A stretch of DNA of 64,000 nucleotides, taken from assembly GCA_963705105.1 (NCBI GenBank), contig CAVPIW010000009.1, positions 64,001-128,000 on the forward strand, given 5' to 3'. This DNA is from an uncultured Nitrospiraceae bacterium. Lineage in GTDB: Bacteria > Nitrospirota > Thermodesulfovibrionia > Thermodesulfovibrionales > Dissulfurispiraceae. Position 1 is the first letter of the stretch; the number at the start of each line of letters is the position of its first letter. The notes beneath the pieces are model-generated. The model was not told the origin of the DNA and made no database searches. It saw nothing but the letters and a program-made list of their open reading frames with translations. Below, in pieces: positions 8,742-19,377 of the stretch. Both the position numbers and the translations under genes were made by a program.

Positions 8742-10111
8742 CAGTACACCTCCTCCTCATATTCATAAGAGAGGTTCGTGAAATCGACAAACCTCGTGCT
8801 GTCGGCGAGAAAGGTAAGCTGAAAGACACCGGTCGGCCCGTTCCTCTGTTTCGCCACGATCACCTCGGCCTTCCCCTTGTTCGCCGGATTATTCTTGTTG
8901 TAAACCTCATCCCTGTATAAGAAAAGGATGACATCGGCATCCTGCTCGATTGCGCCCGACTCCCTGAGATCGGCAAGGGTCGGCTTTTTTTCGCCCCTCT
9001 GCTCCACGGCCCTGTTGAGCTGGCTCAGGGCGATGACGGGGATCTTGAGCTCCTTCGCGAGGGCCTTCAGGGACCGCGAAATCTCCGATATCTCCTGCTC
9101 CCTTCGCTCGAAGTTCCCCCTGCTGCGCATGAGCTGGAGGTAATCGACGACGACGAGACTGAGGCCGCCGTGCTCCATCTTGAGTCTCCTCGCTTTTGCG
9201 CGGATCTCGAGCACGGTGATGGCCGACGAGTCATCGATGAAAATCGGCGCTTCGGCGAGACGCCCCGCGGCATTCGTCAGTTTCGGCCATTCCTCACGGC
9301 TGATGAATCCCTTTCTCACCCGTGACGAATCGACGAGGCTCTCGGCGCAGAGCATCCTCAGGGCAAGCTGTTCTTTCGCCATCTCGAGACTGAAGACGGC
9401 AACGGGCTCTTTGAGACTGATGCCGACATGCTGCGCGATGTTGAGGGCGAATGCCGTCTTCCCCATGCCGGGCCTGCCGCCGATGACGATGAGATCGCCG
9501 GGCTGAAACCCCGATGTCATCTCGTCGAGGTCCTTGAAACCCGAGGGAATGCCCGTGATCGCCTCCTTGCGGTCGAAGAGGTGCTCGATCATCTTGAACG
9601 TATCTTTGATGACATCCTTCATGCTCGCGAACGATGTCTTGGTCCTCTTGTCGGCGATGTCGAAGATCAGCCTTTCGGCATGATCGACCATCTCGTCGGC
9701 GTCGAGACCTTCCTCGTACACCTTCGTCGATATCTGCGTCGACGCCCTGATGAGGGACCTCAGGAGGGCCTTTTCCCGGACAATCTTGGCGTGGTAGGTA
9801 ATGTGCGCCGACGTGGGGACGGCGTTTGCAAGGAGGGAGAGGTAGGGCAGACCGCCGATCTCTTCAATCCCGTTGTCGCGCCTCAGGTAATCGCTGAGGG
9901 TCACGACGTCCATCGGCTCGTTGCGGTCGAAGAGGCCGAGCATGGCCCGGTAAATACGGCGGTGAGATTCCCTGTAAAAGTCCTCCGGTGAGAGGATCTC
10001 GATGGCTTTCGGCAGCGATTCGTTGTCGAGCAGGAGGGCGCCGAGCACCGACTGCTCCGCCTCGATGTTCTGCGGAGGGAGCCTGTCTATTGCGACATCG
10101 CCGTCTCTCAC
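8741..10111 (-). CDS. dnaB: Replicative DNA helicase
   Basis: PPQNIEAEQSVLG, GRPGMGKT, DYLQLM, LRESGAIEQDAD, KQRNGP. Confidence 0.97.
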   Translation of the reverse strand: MRDGDVAIDRLPPQNIEAEQSVLGALLLDNESLPKAIEILSPEDFYRESHRRIYRAMLGLFDRNEPMDVVTLSDYLRRDNGIEEIGGLPYLSLLANAVPTSAHITYHAKIVREKALLRSLIRASTQISTKVYEEGLDADEMVDHAERLIFDIADKRTKTSFASMKDVIKDTFKMIEHLFDRKEAITGIPSGFKDLDEMTSGFQPGDLIVIGGRPGMGKTAFALNIAQHVGISLKEPVAVFSLEMAKEQLALRMLCAESLVDSSRVRKGFISREEWPKLTNAAGRLAEAPIFIDDSSAITVLEIRAKARRLKMEHGGLSLVVVDYLQLMRSRGNFERREQEISEISRSLKALAKELKIPVIALSQLNRAVEQRGEKKPTLADLRESGAIEQDADVILFLYRDEVYNKNNPANKGKAEVIVAKQRNGPTGVFQLTFLADSTRFVDFTNLSYEYEEEVY

Positions 10112-10155
10112 GTGATACGAACCCAGGGCCCTCCCGCAGGGCGGAGGAAAAACAG

Positions 10156-10608
10156 TTACTCCGCCTGCTCGGGGACGACGCTGACGGTGATTTCGGACGC
10201 CACGTCCCTGTGAATCTTGACGGTCACCGTATAGGTGCCGAGCCTCTTGATAGGCTCTTCGAGATCGATTTTCCTGCGGTCGACCTCGATCCCCTGCTTC
10301 TGGAGGGCCTCGGCGATGTCCATGACCGTGACGGAACCGAAGAGCTTCTCCTCGTCGCCTGCCTTCGCAGGAATCGTGACGGCCAGACCGGAGAGCCTGG
10401 ATGCCACTTCTTCGGCACCGGCCCTGACCTTGCGCGCCTTTTCCTGTATGATCCTCTTCTCGTGCTCGAGAGCCTTCAGGTTTCTCGGGTTCGCCTCGAC
10501 GGCAAACCCCTTCGGGATGAGGAAATTCCGTGCGAATCCGTCCTTGACGGACACCATCTCCCCGATCTGACCCAGACTCTTGACATCCTCTTTCAGAATA
10601 ACCTTCAT
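10156..10608 (-). CDS. rplI: 50S ribosomal protein L9
   Basis: [22 protein letters not shown] and KLFGSVT. Confidence 0.96.
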   Translation of the reverse strand: MKVILKEDVKSLGQIGEMVSVKDGFARNFLIPKGFAVEANPRNLKALEHEKRIIQEKARKVRAGAEEVASRLSGLAVTIPAKAGDEEKLFGSVTVMDIAEALQKQGIEVDRRKIDLEEPIKRLGTYTVTVKIHRDVASEITVSVVPEQAE

Positions 10609-10722
10609 GCGACAGTTCTCCTCTCCATAAACATTTCTCAATCGTATCGGATTAGTATAAACGATTTCGATTCATTTCCTCCATGGCACGGAAGGAACAT
10701 CATATGCGACAAATACAGATTA

Positions 10723-10920
10723 GCCACAGAGAGCACAGAGGACACAGAGAAAAGCCTGGTTTGACGGTAAACGGCAAACAGGAGAAATTGGGGATCGTTG
10801 TGATCAGGAATTGTATGGGTAGCCGCAGGCTTCAGCCTGCGCTTGAAGCATATGTAAAAGCCTCCTCTCCGGTCTCGTTGCAGGAACGTCTTTCTCTGTG
10901 TTCTCCGTGACCTCTGTGGC
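10723..10920. repeat. Inverted pair of 9-bp-periodic repeats enclosing a GTAG-type REP hairpin (10819-10841)
   Basis: GCCACAGAGAGCACAGAGGACACAGAGAAA versus TTTCTCTGTGTTCTCCGTGACCTCTGTGGC; GTAGCCGCAGGCTTCAGCCTGCG. Confidence 0.8.
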
Positions 10921-10994
10921 AGAGTTGCCGTTTTTGTTTTGCGCGAGACCTCCTGAAATATATTCCTTCACTCACACTCACACCATCACTCACA

Positions 10995-11360
10995 CTAACT
11001 CTTCAGGTGCTCATGCAGGAAGGATCCGGGGATCATCCCGGCGGGAGCGGATAACAGCAGAAGCCTCTCGAAGGCCCGCTGACGGTCACGGCGGAACTCC
11101 TGTCCGCGGGCTGACTTGAGGACGACGAAATCCAGGTAGACGAACCACTCCCTGTCAGCGGCACGGAGAAAGCCGCCGCGGTAGCCCCCGGGGGAAGGCG
11201 TCGGTGGCTCCCCCTCCCAATGCTCAAGGGCATCCCAGACGGAAAGGAAACGGGGAACGATTCCCCGCATGATGACCCATTTCGGGTCCGGCCGGCTCGT
11301 GAAGAGTCTGACTCCTCCGACCCAGTCTTCACGCACGTCATTTTGTCTTGAGATGTTCAT
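10995..11360 (-). CDS. Hypothetical protein
   Basis: ORF with genome-typical GC content between repeat blocks; no recognised domain. Confidence 0.5.
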   Translation of the reverse strand: MNISRQNDVREDWVGGVRLFTSRPDPKWVIMRGIVPRFLSVWDALEHWEGEPPTPSPGGYRGGFLRAADREWFVYLDFVVLKSARGQEFRRDRQRAFERLLLLSAPAGMIPGSFLHEHLKS

Positions 11361-11424
11361 ACACAACCGTCATGCAGATGTTCTTTCTTTGCGCTCTTTG
11401 CGGCTTTGCGCGAGTCTGACTTGA

Positions 11425-11641
11425 CCTTGTCGTTGCATACGCTTTTTGGAAAGGCGGGGCTGGGGTGAATGCGCCGAAAACCTTGCTGCGCGACTCCTGT
11501 ATCAGAACGACAGACGGTCTATACACCAATGATCGATGACACGAAGAGTGGAATCCTGAATGACGAACCTGACGAGGCTCATCGTCGTCTTCAGCAAGGC
11601 TTTGAGGCGCTTCGCCCCGCCTTTTATACGCAACTGTAAGG
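11425..11641. mobile_element. Family-A MITE (217 bp) with TTGA TSD
   Basis: TTGA|CCTTGTCGTTGCAT...GCAACTGTAAGG|TTGA. Confidence 0.88.
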
Positions 11642-11731
11642 TTGAGATATATTCCCGATACCGGCACGATCAATACACCGCATTCCTTTCACTCACACTC
11701 ACACTGACACTCGCACTGCATTTCCGGCGAG

Positions 11732-12367
11732 TCACGATCCGGGTTGCCCGGCCGGCAGAGTGTTGAGTGCCCTGGCCATGTCATCAGCCAGACGGTCCAA
11801 AGCCCTGCTCATGGCGGCAACGAGAGACTCATAGCCATCTCCCGACGTCTGTTCGACATAGGATGCCTCGCGGACAAGAAGCACGGCGGAGTCCTTTTCG
11901 TCAAACAGCGTCCATAAAGCCCTCAGCATCACTTTCCCTCCGGTCTCCCCTTCGAACTCCTCCACAAGCACGGCGATGCGATAGGAGACGGGGATCTGGA
12001 ACGAGGCAACGGGCCTCCATGGTATGACGGTGAAGCGATCAGCGGGGACCCGGGCCGAGATGTGCTGGGCAAGAAAACGGGGCACGGCGCTTCTCAGCGG
12101 TCCGGCCCATCGTTCGAACTCGGCAATATAAATTTCGTTCCCGGCACCGCGGGTGACGATCTGGGGCCTGTCGAGATAGTCGGGGATGTTGACCGGGCCG
12201 ACGGCGATGACAGAAGCGATCCCTTCCGCCACCCTCTGCTCCGATGCGGGAGTCCCTGATACCCCCAGTGTGTAAAAACGTGACGACTGGGTGCTCCCGC
12301 ACCCCATAATCGAAACGATCAGACTACCCAGCAGGACGATCATAGTCAGAGCACGACCATGTCTCAT
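11732..12367 (-). CDS. PqiC-family ABC auxiliary lipoprotein
   Basis: Lipobox IMGC, GPV.IPDYLDRPQIV and RWA.PL motifs. Confidence 0.88.
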   Translation of the reverse strand: MRHGRALTMIVLLGSLIVSIMGCGSTQSSRFYTLGVSGTPASEQRVAEGIASVIAVGPVNIPDYLDRPQIVTRGAGNEIYIAEFERWAGPLRSAVPRFLAQHISARVPADRFTVIPWRPVASFQIPVSYRIAVLVEEFEGETGGKVMLRALWTLFDEKDSAVLLVREASYVEQTSGDGYESLVAAMSRALDRLADDMARALNTLPAGQPGS

Positions 12368-13377
12368 TTCTTCACTCCTCCCCCTGCTCTTTTGCCTCTG
12401 ATCGGTGAGTCGGGATACCTTTCCAGCAGGTCGGCAAGATCCCGCAAGGATTGTGAGAGCGCGCTGATTTCCTCGAGAGTTTCGCTGATCCGGAACCAGA
12501 GGCCGTCCGTTTTCTGCAACGTCAACTGCGCCCTTTCCGCCGTCCTGCGCACCTCATCCAGGGAAGAACGTGCCGATGCCAGTGTCTCCTTCATGCCCGC
12601 TGCGATCTCACCGGAAGCCCCTTCATTCATGGCTATCGTCTTTTCAGCCTGCACCAGCGTGGACCGCGCAGTCCTGAGGGTTTCCTGGACACTTGCGGAA
12701 ATCGGTTTCACCTCGGCGTCTGCGTCTTGTGCGAGCTTATCAGCGCTCTTCAGGGCGTTGTCCAGAGACTTCAGGCTCGCCTGCAGGTCCGGGGAATTGA
12801 CCAGTTTATCCATGCCGTTGGCTATGCTCTCAAGCTTCTTGCCGATCTCCTGCCACGGTATCTCCTCAAGAGTCTTTCTGAGGCGTTCAAAATCCGTCGG
12901 TATGGTCGGCACTTCGGGGTGGCTCTTGTCGAGTCCGTAGAGTTTTCCTTTCTGCTCCGGCGGGTACATGTCGACGGCCACGATGAGCAGTCCTGTCACG
13001 AAGCTCTGGAGCTGAAGCTGTGCCCTGAGTCCCTGTTCTATGAGTCCGGACAGTTCTTCTCCCTCACCGATCTCTACACTATCTCCGAAGACCGAAACGG
13101 ATTCCGGGTCCATCTCCGTAATCACACGGACGAGAAACTCCTTCTTCTTCGCTATGTAGATAAGGTCGACGGCGGCGACCTGCCCGATCTTGACGCCGCG
13201 AAAGACGACGGGAGCGCCCACATTGAGGCCCTTTGCCGAGCCCTCGAAGAACATCACGTGTTTGTTGACCTTCTTGAAGAACTTGCCCGAGCCGAAGACC
13301 ATCAGGCCTGCGACGACAAGGGCGATCGCGCCTATGACAAAAACTCCGATGAGGGTCTTGTTCGCCTGCTTACTCAT
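12364..13377 (-). CDS. MCE/MlaD-domain protein (PqiB-like)
   Basis: GLNVGAPVVFRGVKIGQV, GLRAQL; C-terminal coiled coil. Confidence 0.9.
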   Translation of the reverse strand: MSKQANKTLIGVFVIGAIALVVAGLMVFGSGKFFKKVNKHVMFFEGSAKGLNVGAPVVFRGVKIGQVAAVDLIYIAKKKEFLVRVITEMDPESVSVFGDSVEIGEGEELSGLIEQGLRAQLQLQSFVTGLLIVAVDMYPPEQKGKLYGLDKSHPEVPTIPTDFERLRKTLEEIPWQEIGKKLESIANGMDKLVNSPDLQASLKSLDNALKSADKLAQDADAEVKPISASVQETLRTARSTLVQAEKTIAMNEGASGEIAAGMKETLASARSSLDEVRRTAERAQLTLQKTDGLWFRISETLEEISALSQSLRDLADLLERYPDSPIRGKRAGGGVKK

Positions 13378-13407
13378 ACGTCGCTCCTTCCGCCCGCTCT
13401 CTTCACA

Positions 13408-14172
13408 TTATGCCACATGTTTTCCCCTGGTGAGAAAACGTACGATCGTTGGGTCCGTCGACTCCGCAAGGAGTTTCCCGGGATTCCCACTTGCGATCAT
13501 CGTCTTCGTCTCGGCGTCGAGGAAGACGGAGTTGTTGCCGATGGCGAATATACTCGGAAGCTCGTGGGTTACGATAACGACCGTCGCGCCCAGGCTGTCC
13601 CGAATCTCGAGGATGAGGTCATCGAGCAGTTGTGAGCTGATCGGGTCGAGCCCTGCCGATGGTTCATCGAAAAACAGGATCTCCGGATCGAGGGCCATGG
13701 CCCGGGCAAGGCCGGCCCGCTTCCTCATGCCGCCGCTGATCTCAGACGGATAATAACCCTCGAACCCCGCCAGACCGACGAGGGAGAGCTTCAACGAGAC
13801 GATCTCCCCGATCTGCCGCGTGTTCAGGACCGTGAATTCATGAAGGGGAAGAGCCACGTTTTCCGCCAGCGTGAGGGAGCTCCAGAGGGCGCCGCTCTGG
13901 TAGAGGATCCCGAAGCTCCTCATGATGAGCTCCTGCTCCTCCGGCCCGGCGTCCCAGTAGCTCACGCCGTTGTAAAGGACCCGGCCCTTCGCGGGCCTCA
14001 CGAGACCCACCATGTTTCTGAGGAGTGTGCTTTTTCCGCACCCGCTGCCGCCCATGATGATGAAGATGTCACCCCTGCAGACGGTGAATGTGAGGTCGCG
14101 CTGGATCACCCTGTCCCCGTAGGCCATGGTCAGGTCCTCCACGACGATGTGCGGCTCCGGACTTCCTGTCAT
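13408..14172 (-). CDS. MlaF-type ABC ATP-binding protein
   Basis: GGSGCGKST, ISGGMRKRAGLARA and DEPSAGLDP motifs. Confidence 0.92.
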   Translation of the reverse strand: MTGSPEPHIVVEDLTMAYGDRVIQRDLTFTVCRGDIFIIMGGSGCGKSTLLRNMVGLVRPAKGRVLYNGVSYWDAGPEEQELIMRSFGILYQSGALWSSLTLAENVALPLHEFTVLNTRQIGEIVSLKLSLVGLAGFEGYYPSEISGGMRKRAGLARAMALDPEILFFDEPSAGLDPISSQLLDDLILEIRDSLGATVVIVTHELPSIFAIGNNSVFLDAETKTMIASGNPGKLLAESTDPTIVRFLTRGKHVA

Positions 14173-14190
14173 GCCCTTATCCGCATGGTG

Positions 14191-14619
14191 CCGTCACCTA
14201 TGCAATAGGACCTCCGGAAAGGCGGGGTAAATGCGCCGAAAAGCCTCGGTGCTGCGAAACCTTTGCCTTCCCGGAAAGACCATTTCAGGCCGACGATCGA
14301 TGACACAAAGGATGAATGCCCGATAAACCGATAATAAACCTTGTAGTTGTATAGAAAGGCGGGGCGAAACGCCTCAAAGCCTTGCTGAAGGCGACGATAC
14401 GCCTCGTCAGGTTTGTGTTTCAGGATTCCACTCTTTGTGTCATCGACTATGGAAGTATAGTTCATCATGCGTTTTGATATAGGAGTCGCCGCAGCAAGGT
14501 TTTCGGCGCATACACCCCGCCTTTCCCGGGAGTGTATTGCAACGATAAGGCAAACAATCATACCCTCTATCAGCGAGGCTTTGAGGCGTTTTGCCCCGCC
14601 TTTGCATGCAACGGGAATG
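14191..14619. mobile_element. Outer family-A MITE interrupted by an oppositely oriented copy
   Basis: The two halves align end-to-end with the reverse complement of the 31049-31258 copy. Confidence 0.7.
14339..14550. mobile_element. Inner family-A MITE (212 bp), TSD TAAA/CAAA
   Basis: Reverse complement of the 34395-34605 copy. Confidence 0.85.
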
Positions 14620-14620
14620 T

Positions 14621-15775
14621 TCATATCCCGAGGACATGGCAGACCACCGTAATGACGGCCGTCGCCACGACGATGCTCACTATGCCCGTCACGACGGCGG
14701 ATGTGGCGGCTTCGCCGACGGCAGACGCGCTCCTTCCGCACTGCATGCCCCTGAGACAGCCCGAAAGGGCGACGAGGACCCCGAAGACGGCGGCGCTGAA
14801 GAGGCCGACCCAGAAATCGTTCACCTTCACCGACTCCTGCGTCTTCAGATAGTACTCCATGAAGTTCAGATCGAGCATGAAGACGCCGATGACGACGCCC
14901 CCCAGGACACCCAGCAGGTCCGCATAGAGACTCAGAAGAGGCATCATGAGGGACAGGGCGAGCATCCTCGGCAGCACGAGGAATTCCACGGGAGAGATGC
15001 CGAGCGTCCTGAGCGCATCGATCTCCTCATTCACCTGCATCGTGCCCAGTTGGGCGGCAAAGGAGGCTCCTGTCCTGCCTGCCATGATGATGCCGGTCAT
15101 GACCGCGGCGAGGGCGCGGACCATACCGATGCCCACGAGGCTTGCCACGTAGATCTGAGCGCCGAAGATCTTGAGCTGAATGGCGCCGATAAAGGCGAGG
15201 ATGAGGCCGACGAGGAAGCTGATGAGCGAGACGATGGGAAGGGCCTGGGCGCCGCATTCCTGGATGATGACGAAGAGGTCGGATCGCCTGAACCGTGCCT
15301 TCCCTGCGAAGAGGCGAAGGAGGGCGAGCATGGCCTCCCCGAGAAAGGCCACCGTCTCCGTGACGCCCCGCTGGAACGACAGGGCTGATTCGCCTGCCTC
15401 TTCAAAGAAGGAGAAACGGGCCGCCTCCTTGCGTGTGCCCGCCCTTTCCGGGACGGCCGTCGCAAGCCGGAAGAGCCGTCGTGCGCCTTCCGGCAGGCCC
15501 TCCTGATCCATGGGAATGTTCATCTGTGCGCACTCGGCGGACATCTTCAACAGAAAGGTGAGGAGGCTGCTGTCCCAGCGGGCAAGCTCCGAGGAATCGA
15601 AGGCCACCCGTCTGACGGCAGTGAGGGATGACAGGTCCCTGAGGGTGTCATCGACTGGGGGCAAAGGGAGCGCCATTGTCCATTCGCCGCTCAGACGGAC
15701 CACGGCGGATTCATCGGCCCCCGGGACGACCCGCGCCTGCGGCGGCTGCACGTCTGCATGCAACGGTTCCAGCAT
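14621..15775 (-). CDS. MlaE-type ABC permease with N-terminal STAS domain
   Basis: AGRTGASFAAQLGTMQVNEEIDAL, LVLPR and VGEAATSAVV motifs. Confidence 0.92.
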   Translation of the reverse strand: MLEPLHADVQPPQARVVPGADESAVVRLSGEWTMALPLPPVDDTLRDLSSLTAVRRVAFDSSELARWDSSLLTFLLKMSAECAQMNIPMDQEGLPEGARRLFRLATAVPERAGTRKEAARFSFFEEAGESALSFQRGVTETVAFLGEAMLALLRLFAGKARFRRSDLFVIIQECGAQALPIVSLISFLVGLILAFIGAIQLKIFGAQIYVASLVGIGMVRALAAVMTGIIMAGRTGASFAAQLGTMQVNEEIDALRTLGISPVEFLVLPRMLALSLMMPLLSLYADLLGVLGGVVIGVFMLDLNFMEYYLKTQESVKVNDFWVGLFSAAVFGVLVALSGCLRGMQCGRSASAVGEAATSAVVTGIVSIVVATAVITVVCHVLGI

Positions 15776-15806
15776 CAACGATAACTCCCGTTTTGTCTGT
15801 CTTTTT

Positions 15807-16005
15807 CCTTATCGCTGTGAACGCCCAACCGGAAGGCGTGGCTGGGGTGAATGCGCCGAAAACCTTGATGCGGCGCCACCATAACCGTCACAGAAGGCAA
15901 TGTTTCAAGCCGATGTCAACGAAAAAAGTGATCCTGATTACAACATGACAATGCACATCCTGTCTTTCAGAGCGCTTCGCCCCGCCTTTTTCATGCAGCA
16001 ACAGG
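15807..16005. mobile_element. Family-A MITE (199 bp) with TTTT TSD
   Basis: TTTT|CCTTATCGCTG...ATGCAGCAACAGG|TTTT. Confidence 0.8.
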
Positions 16006-16070
16006 TTTTTTCAAAATCATACCCGAAAAGGACGGGGTCGTCAAGAGAAATGACGGACAGAGAGCGGGTG

Positions 16071-16862
16071 TCACTCTGCCGGCTGCGCCGGTGAAACAGC
16101 GGGCCCTGCGGGGAAGGCCTCCCGGATGTCCGGCGTTTCCGAGACCTCCTCGTACTCGGGGACGACGATGCCGCGGCGGACCATGATGCTGTAAATGATG
16201 CGGGACCGGTTTTCGACGTACCGCTGGTTACCGACGGGCGAGTATTTCCGCGGATTCGGCAGGACCGACGCCAGGCGGGCCGCCTCGGCAGGACCGAGGG
16301 CCGACGCGGGCTTCCCGTAATACTTCCGCGATGCCTCTTCAATGCCGAATATGCCCTCCCCCCACTCGGCGACATTCAGATAAATTTCGAGGATGCGCTT
16401 CTTCGACAGGTCTCTCTCGAGGCGCCAGGTATAAATCGCCTCACGAACCTTGCGAACCGGGTTTTTCGAGGGTGTCAGAAAGAGGTTCTTCGCAAGCTGC
16501 TGGCTTATGGTGCTGCCGCCGAATTTGAGCTTTCTCTCCTTCAGGTCCCGCTCCAGGGCCTTCTGGATCGCCTCGAAATCGAACCCCTCGTGCTTCCAGA
16601 ATTTGTCGTCCTCGGCGATGAGGACGGCCCTGGAAAGATAAGGGGAGACGCGGGAGAGGGGCACCCAGGTCTGCCTGATCCGGATCTTCTTCCCCTGCCC
16701 GCGCCATTCCCGTTCCCGGTATTCCATGAAGGAGGTCCTCCCCGGGTTTTCCTTCTCGTACTTACCGACACCGGGATAGACGAGGGGATATGCGATATAC
16801 GCCGTCAGTCCAAGAACGATGACGGCTGCAAGAAGGGCAGGCCAGCGTCTCCCTTTTTTCAT
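16071..16862 (-). CDS. mtgA: Monofunctional peptidoglycan transglycosylase
   Basis: AEDDKF, GGSTISQQLAKNLFL, RK..EA and YLNVAEWG motifs. Confidence 0.93.
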   Translation of the reverse strand: MKKGRRWPALLAAVIVLGLTAYIAYPLVYPGVGKYEKENPGRTSFMEYREREWRGQGKKIRIRQTWVPLSRVSPYLSRAVLIAEDDKFWKHEGFDFEAIQKALERDLKERKLKFGGSTISQQLAKNLFLTPSKNPVRKVREAIYTWRLERDLSKKRILEIYLNVAEWGEGIFGIEEASRKYYGKPASALGPAEAARLASVLPNPRKYSPVGNQRYVENRSRIIYSIMVRRGIVVPEYEEVSETPDIREAFPAGPAVSPAQPAE

Positions 16863-17025
16863 ATGCTCCAGCCTCTTTTCAAAATACTGATTGCATGATA
16901 GAATAGTTGACTTTGGTTCTGCAAGGGCGCCAATCTTCCGCGGGCTCTTCCTCCTTCTTCACCGATGCCTCGGAATACGGAACGCGGCTCACGCGAACGC
17001 TTAGAAAAAAAGCCAGGAGTGAATC

Positions 17026-18582
17026 ATGCAAAACATCGGCATCAATCCAAGCAACCACGGACTGGAGCACCACGGTCTCAGGAATATAGGCACCGCCTAT
17101 TGGAACCTCGGCGTTGCCTCCCTCGTTGAGCATGCCGTAAAGCGCGACGAGGGCATCCTCGCCTCGGGAGGCGCCCTCGTCGTGCGCACGGGCAAATACA
17201 CGGGCCGCTCCCCCCATGATAAATTCATCGTCCGTGATCCCGAAATGGAAGACCGCATCAACTGGGGCACTGTGAACCAGTCGATCGACCCCGACAGGTT
17301 CGAGGCGCTCCTGCAGAGGGTCCTCGCCTTTTACCAGGGCAGGGACGTCTTCGTCCAGGACTGCTATGTCGGCGCCGACAGGCGGCACAGCGTACCGATC
17401 CGTGCCGTCACCCAGTATGCCTGGCACAGTATCTTCGCCCGGCAGGTCTTCATCCGTCCCGACCGCTCCGAAACGAACGACCATGTTCCCGCGTTCGTCA
17501 TCCTCTCGGCGCCGGGATTCAAGGCCGACCCGGTCGCGGACGGCACGCGTTCCGAGGCTTTCATCATCGTCAGCTTCTCGAAGCGTCTTGTCCTCATCGG
17601 GGGATCGGAGTATGCCGGCGAGATGAAAAAGTCCATCTTCTCGATCCTGAATTACCTGCTGCCCGAACGGGGCATCCTTTCGATGCACTGCGCGGCGAAC
17701 ATGGGGACCGAAGGCGATACTGCCCTCTTCTTCGGCCTGAGCGGCACGGGAAAGACGTCCCTCTCGGCCGACCCGGAACGCTATCTCATCGGTGACGACG
17801 AGCACGGGTGGAGCGACAAGGGCATCTTCAATTTTGAAGGGGGCTGCTACGCCAAATGCATCCGCCTGTCAAAGGAGAACGAGCCCCAGATATGGAACGC
17901 CATCCGTTTCAGTTCGGTCCTCGAAAACGTCGTCGTCGATCCCGAAACGAGGATCATGAATTACAACGACGACAGCCACACCGAGAACACCCGAGCCGCC
18001 TACCCCCTCCACTTCATCGACAACGCCGTCATTCCGAGCATCGGCGTTCACCCGAACCATATCTTCTTCCTCACCTGCGACGCCTTCGGAGTTCTGCCTC
18101 CCATTTCCCGTCTTTCCCATGAACAGGCGATGCAGCAGTTCCTCCTTGGCTATACCGCAAAGGTGGCAGGCACCGAGACAGGCATCACCCAGCCCCAGGT
18201 GACCTTCAGCACCTGCTTCGGCGCGCCCTTCCTGCCTCTGCCGCCGAAAGTCTATGCGGACCTCCTGGGGAAGAAGCTGAAACGCCACGGCTCCCAGGTC
18301 TGGCTCGTCAACACGGGATGGAGCGGCGGCCCCTTCGGCATCGGCAGCAGGATCAGCATCCCCTATACACGGGCGATGGTCCGGGCCGCCCTGAAAGGGT
18401 CATTGAACGGTGTCGATTACCGGATGGATCCGATTTTCAAGCTCGAAGCCCCGCGCACCTGTCCCGGCGTCCCCGCGGTGGTGCTTGATACCAGGAGAAC
18501 ATGGAAAGACAAAAAGGCCTACGACGCCCAGGCCCGGCATCTCGCCGCCATGTGGGAGGAGCAGTTTCACAAGGCGAAGTAA
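17026..18582 (+). CDS. pckA: Phosphoenolpyruvate carboxykinase (ATP)
   Basis: [20 protein letters not shown] and IGDDEHGW motifs. Confidence 0.96.
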   Translation: MQNIGINPSNHGLEHHGLRNIGTAYWNLGVASLVEHAVKRDEGILASGGALVVRTGKYTGRSPHDKFIVRDPEMEDRINWGTVNQSIDPDRFEALLQRVLAFYQGRDVFVQDCYVGADRRHSVPIRAVTQYAWHSIFARQVFIRPDRSETNDHVPAFVILSAPGFKADPVADGTRSEAFIIVSFSKRLVLIGGSEYAGEMKKSIFSILNYLLPERGILSMHCAANMGTEGDTALFFGLSGTGKTSLSADPERYLIGDDEHGWSDKGIFNFEGGCYAKCIRLSKENEPQIWNAIRFSSVLENVVVDPETRIMNYNDDSHTENTRAAYPLHFIDNAVIPSIGVHPNHIFFLTCDAFGVLPPISRLSHEQAMQQFLLGYTAKVAGTETGITQPQVTFSTCFGAPFLPLPPKVYADLLGKKLKRHGSQVWLVNTGWSGGPFGIGSRISIPYTRAMVRAALKGSLNGVDYRMDPIFKLEAPRTCPGVPAVVLDTRRTWKDKKAYDAQARHLAAMWEEQFHKAK

Positions 18583-18598
18583 CTCCGACCGGCCTGGT

Positions 18599-19366
18599 AT
18601 GCGGACGATCAGAATCACCCTGCAGTATGATGGGACCGCCTACCGGGGCTGGCAGAGGCAGCTCAGCGACGACACAATACAAGCCCGTATCGAGGACTGC
18701 ATCGCGAAGATAACGGGAGAGTCCGCAAACGTCATGGGCGCCGGTCGGACCGACGCGGGCGTTCATGCCCTCGGCCAGGTCGCGTCGTTCAGAACCTCCT
18801 CGGCGCTGCCTTCTTCGACTCTCGCCCGTGCGATGAACGCCCGTCTTCCCGCCGATATACGGATCACCGAAGCCGGGGAGGCCCGCATTGATTTCCATGC
18901 CCGCCATGATGCCAGTGGCAAGACGTACCGCTACATTATCTCAAACGGGCGGGTCCTCTCTCCCTTCCTCCACCGCTACGCCTGGATGGTCCCCTGCCCC
19001 CTTGACGCCGCCTCCATGGCATCAGCAGCGGAGGTCCTGACGGGACGGCATGATTTCAGCTCCTTCCGGGGCGCCGGCTGCAGCTCCCGGAATCCGGTGA
19101 GGACCCTCAGCACGCTGAAGGTCGAACGGACCGACGGCGTCTCCTGTTTCGGTTTTCCGGTCGACGGCGTCTTTTACACGGTCACGGCAGAGGCGGAGGC
19201 ATTCATGCGGCACATGGTGAGAAACATCGTGGGGACCCTTGTCGAGGCGGGCAGGGGGAAAATAACGGTGCAGGATGTGGGGGGAATTTTAGAGGGGAGA
19301 GACCGGCGGCTTGCCGGTCCGACGGCTCCGCCCCAGGGTCTGTTCCTTGATCGTGTTCACTATTGA
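18599..19366 (+). CDS. truA: tRNA pseudouridine(38-40) synthase
   Basis: YDGT..GWQ, GRTDAGVHA, MVRNIVG and TAPPQGL motifs. Confidence 0.95.
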   Translation: MRTIRITLQYDGTAYRGWQRQLSDDTIQARIEDCIAKITGESANVMGAGRTDAGVHALGQVASFRTSSALPSSTLARAMNARLPADIRITEAGEARIDFHARHDASGKTYRYIISNGRVLSPFLHRYAWMVPCPLDAASMASAAEVLTGRHDFSSFRGAGCSSRNPVRTLSTLKVERTDGVSCFGFPVDGVFYTVTAEAEAFMRHMVRNIVGTLVEAGRGKITVQDVGGILEGRDRRLAGPTAPPQGLFLDRVHY

Positions 19367-19377
19367 ACGGCGCTCTT

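Noticed and set aside
11000..11362. Imperfect 16-bp direct repeat at both ends of the orphan ORF
   Set aside because: Four mismatches in 16 bp; not distinguishable from chance.
14169..14624. TCAT at both ends as the TSD of an ancestral ATGA overlap
   Set aside because: The element ends map to ~14191 and ~14619, and mlaF keeps its own RBS-like AAGGG; likely coincidence.
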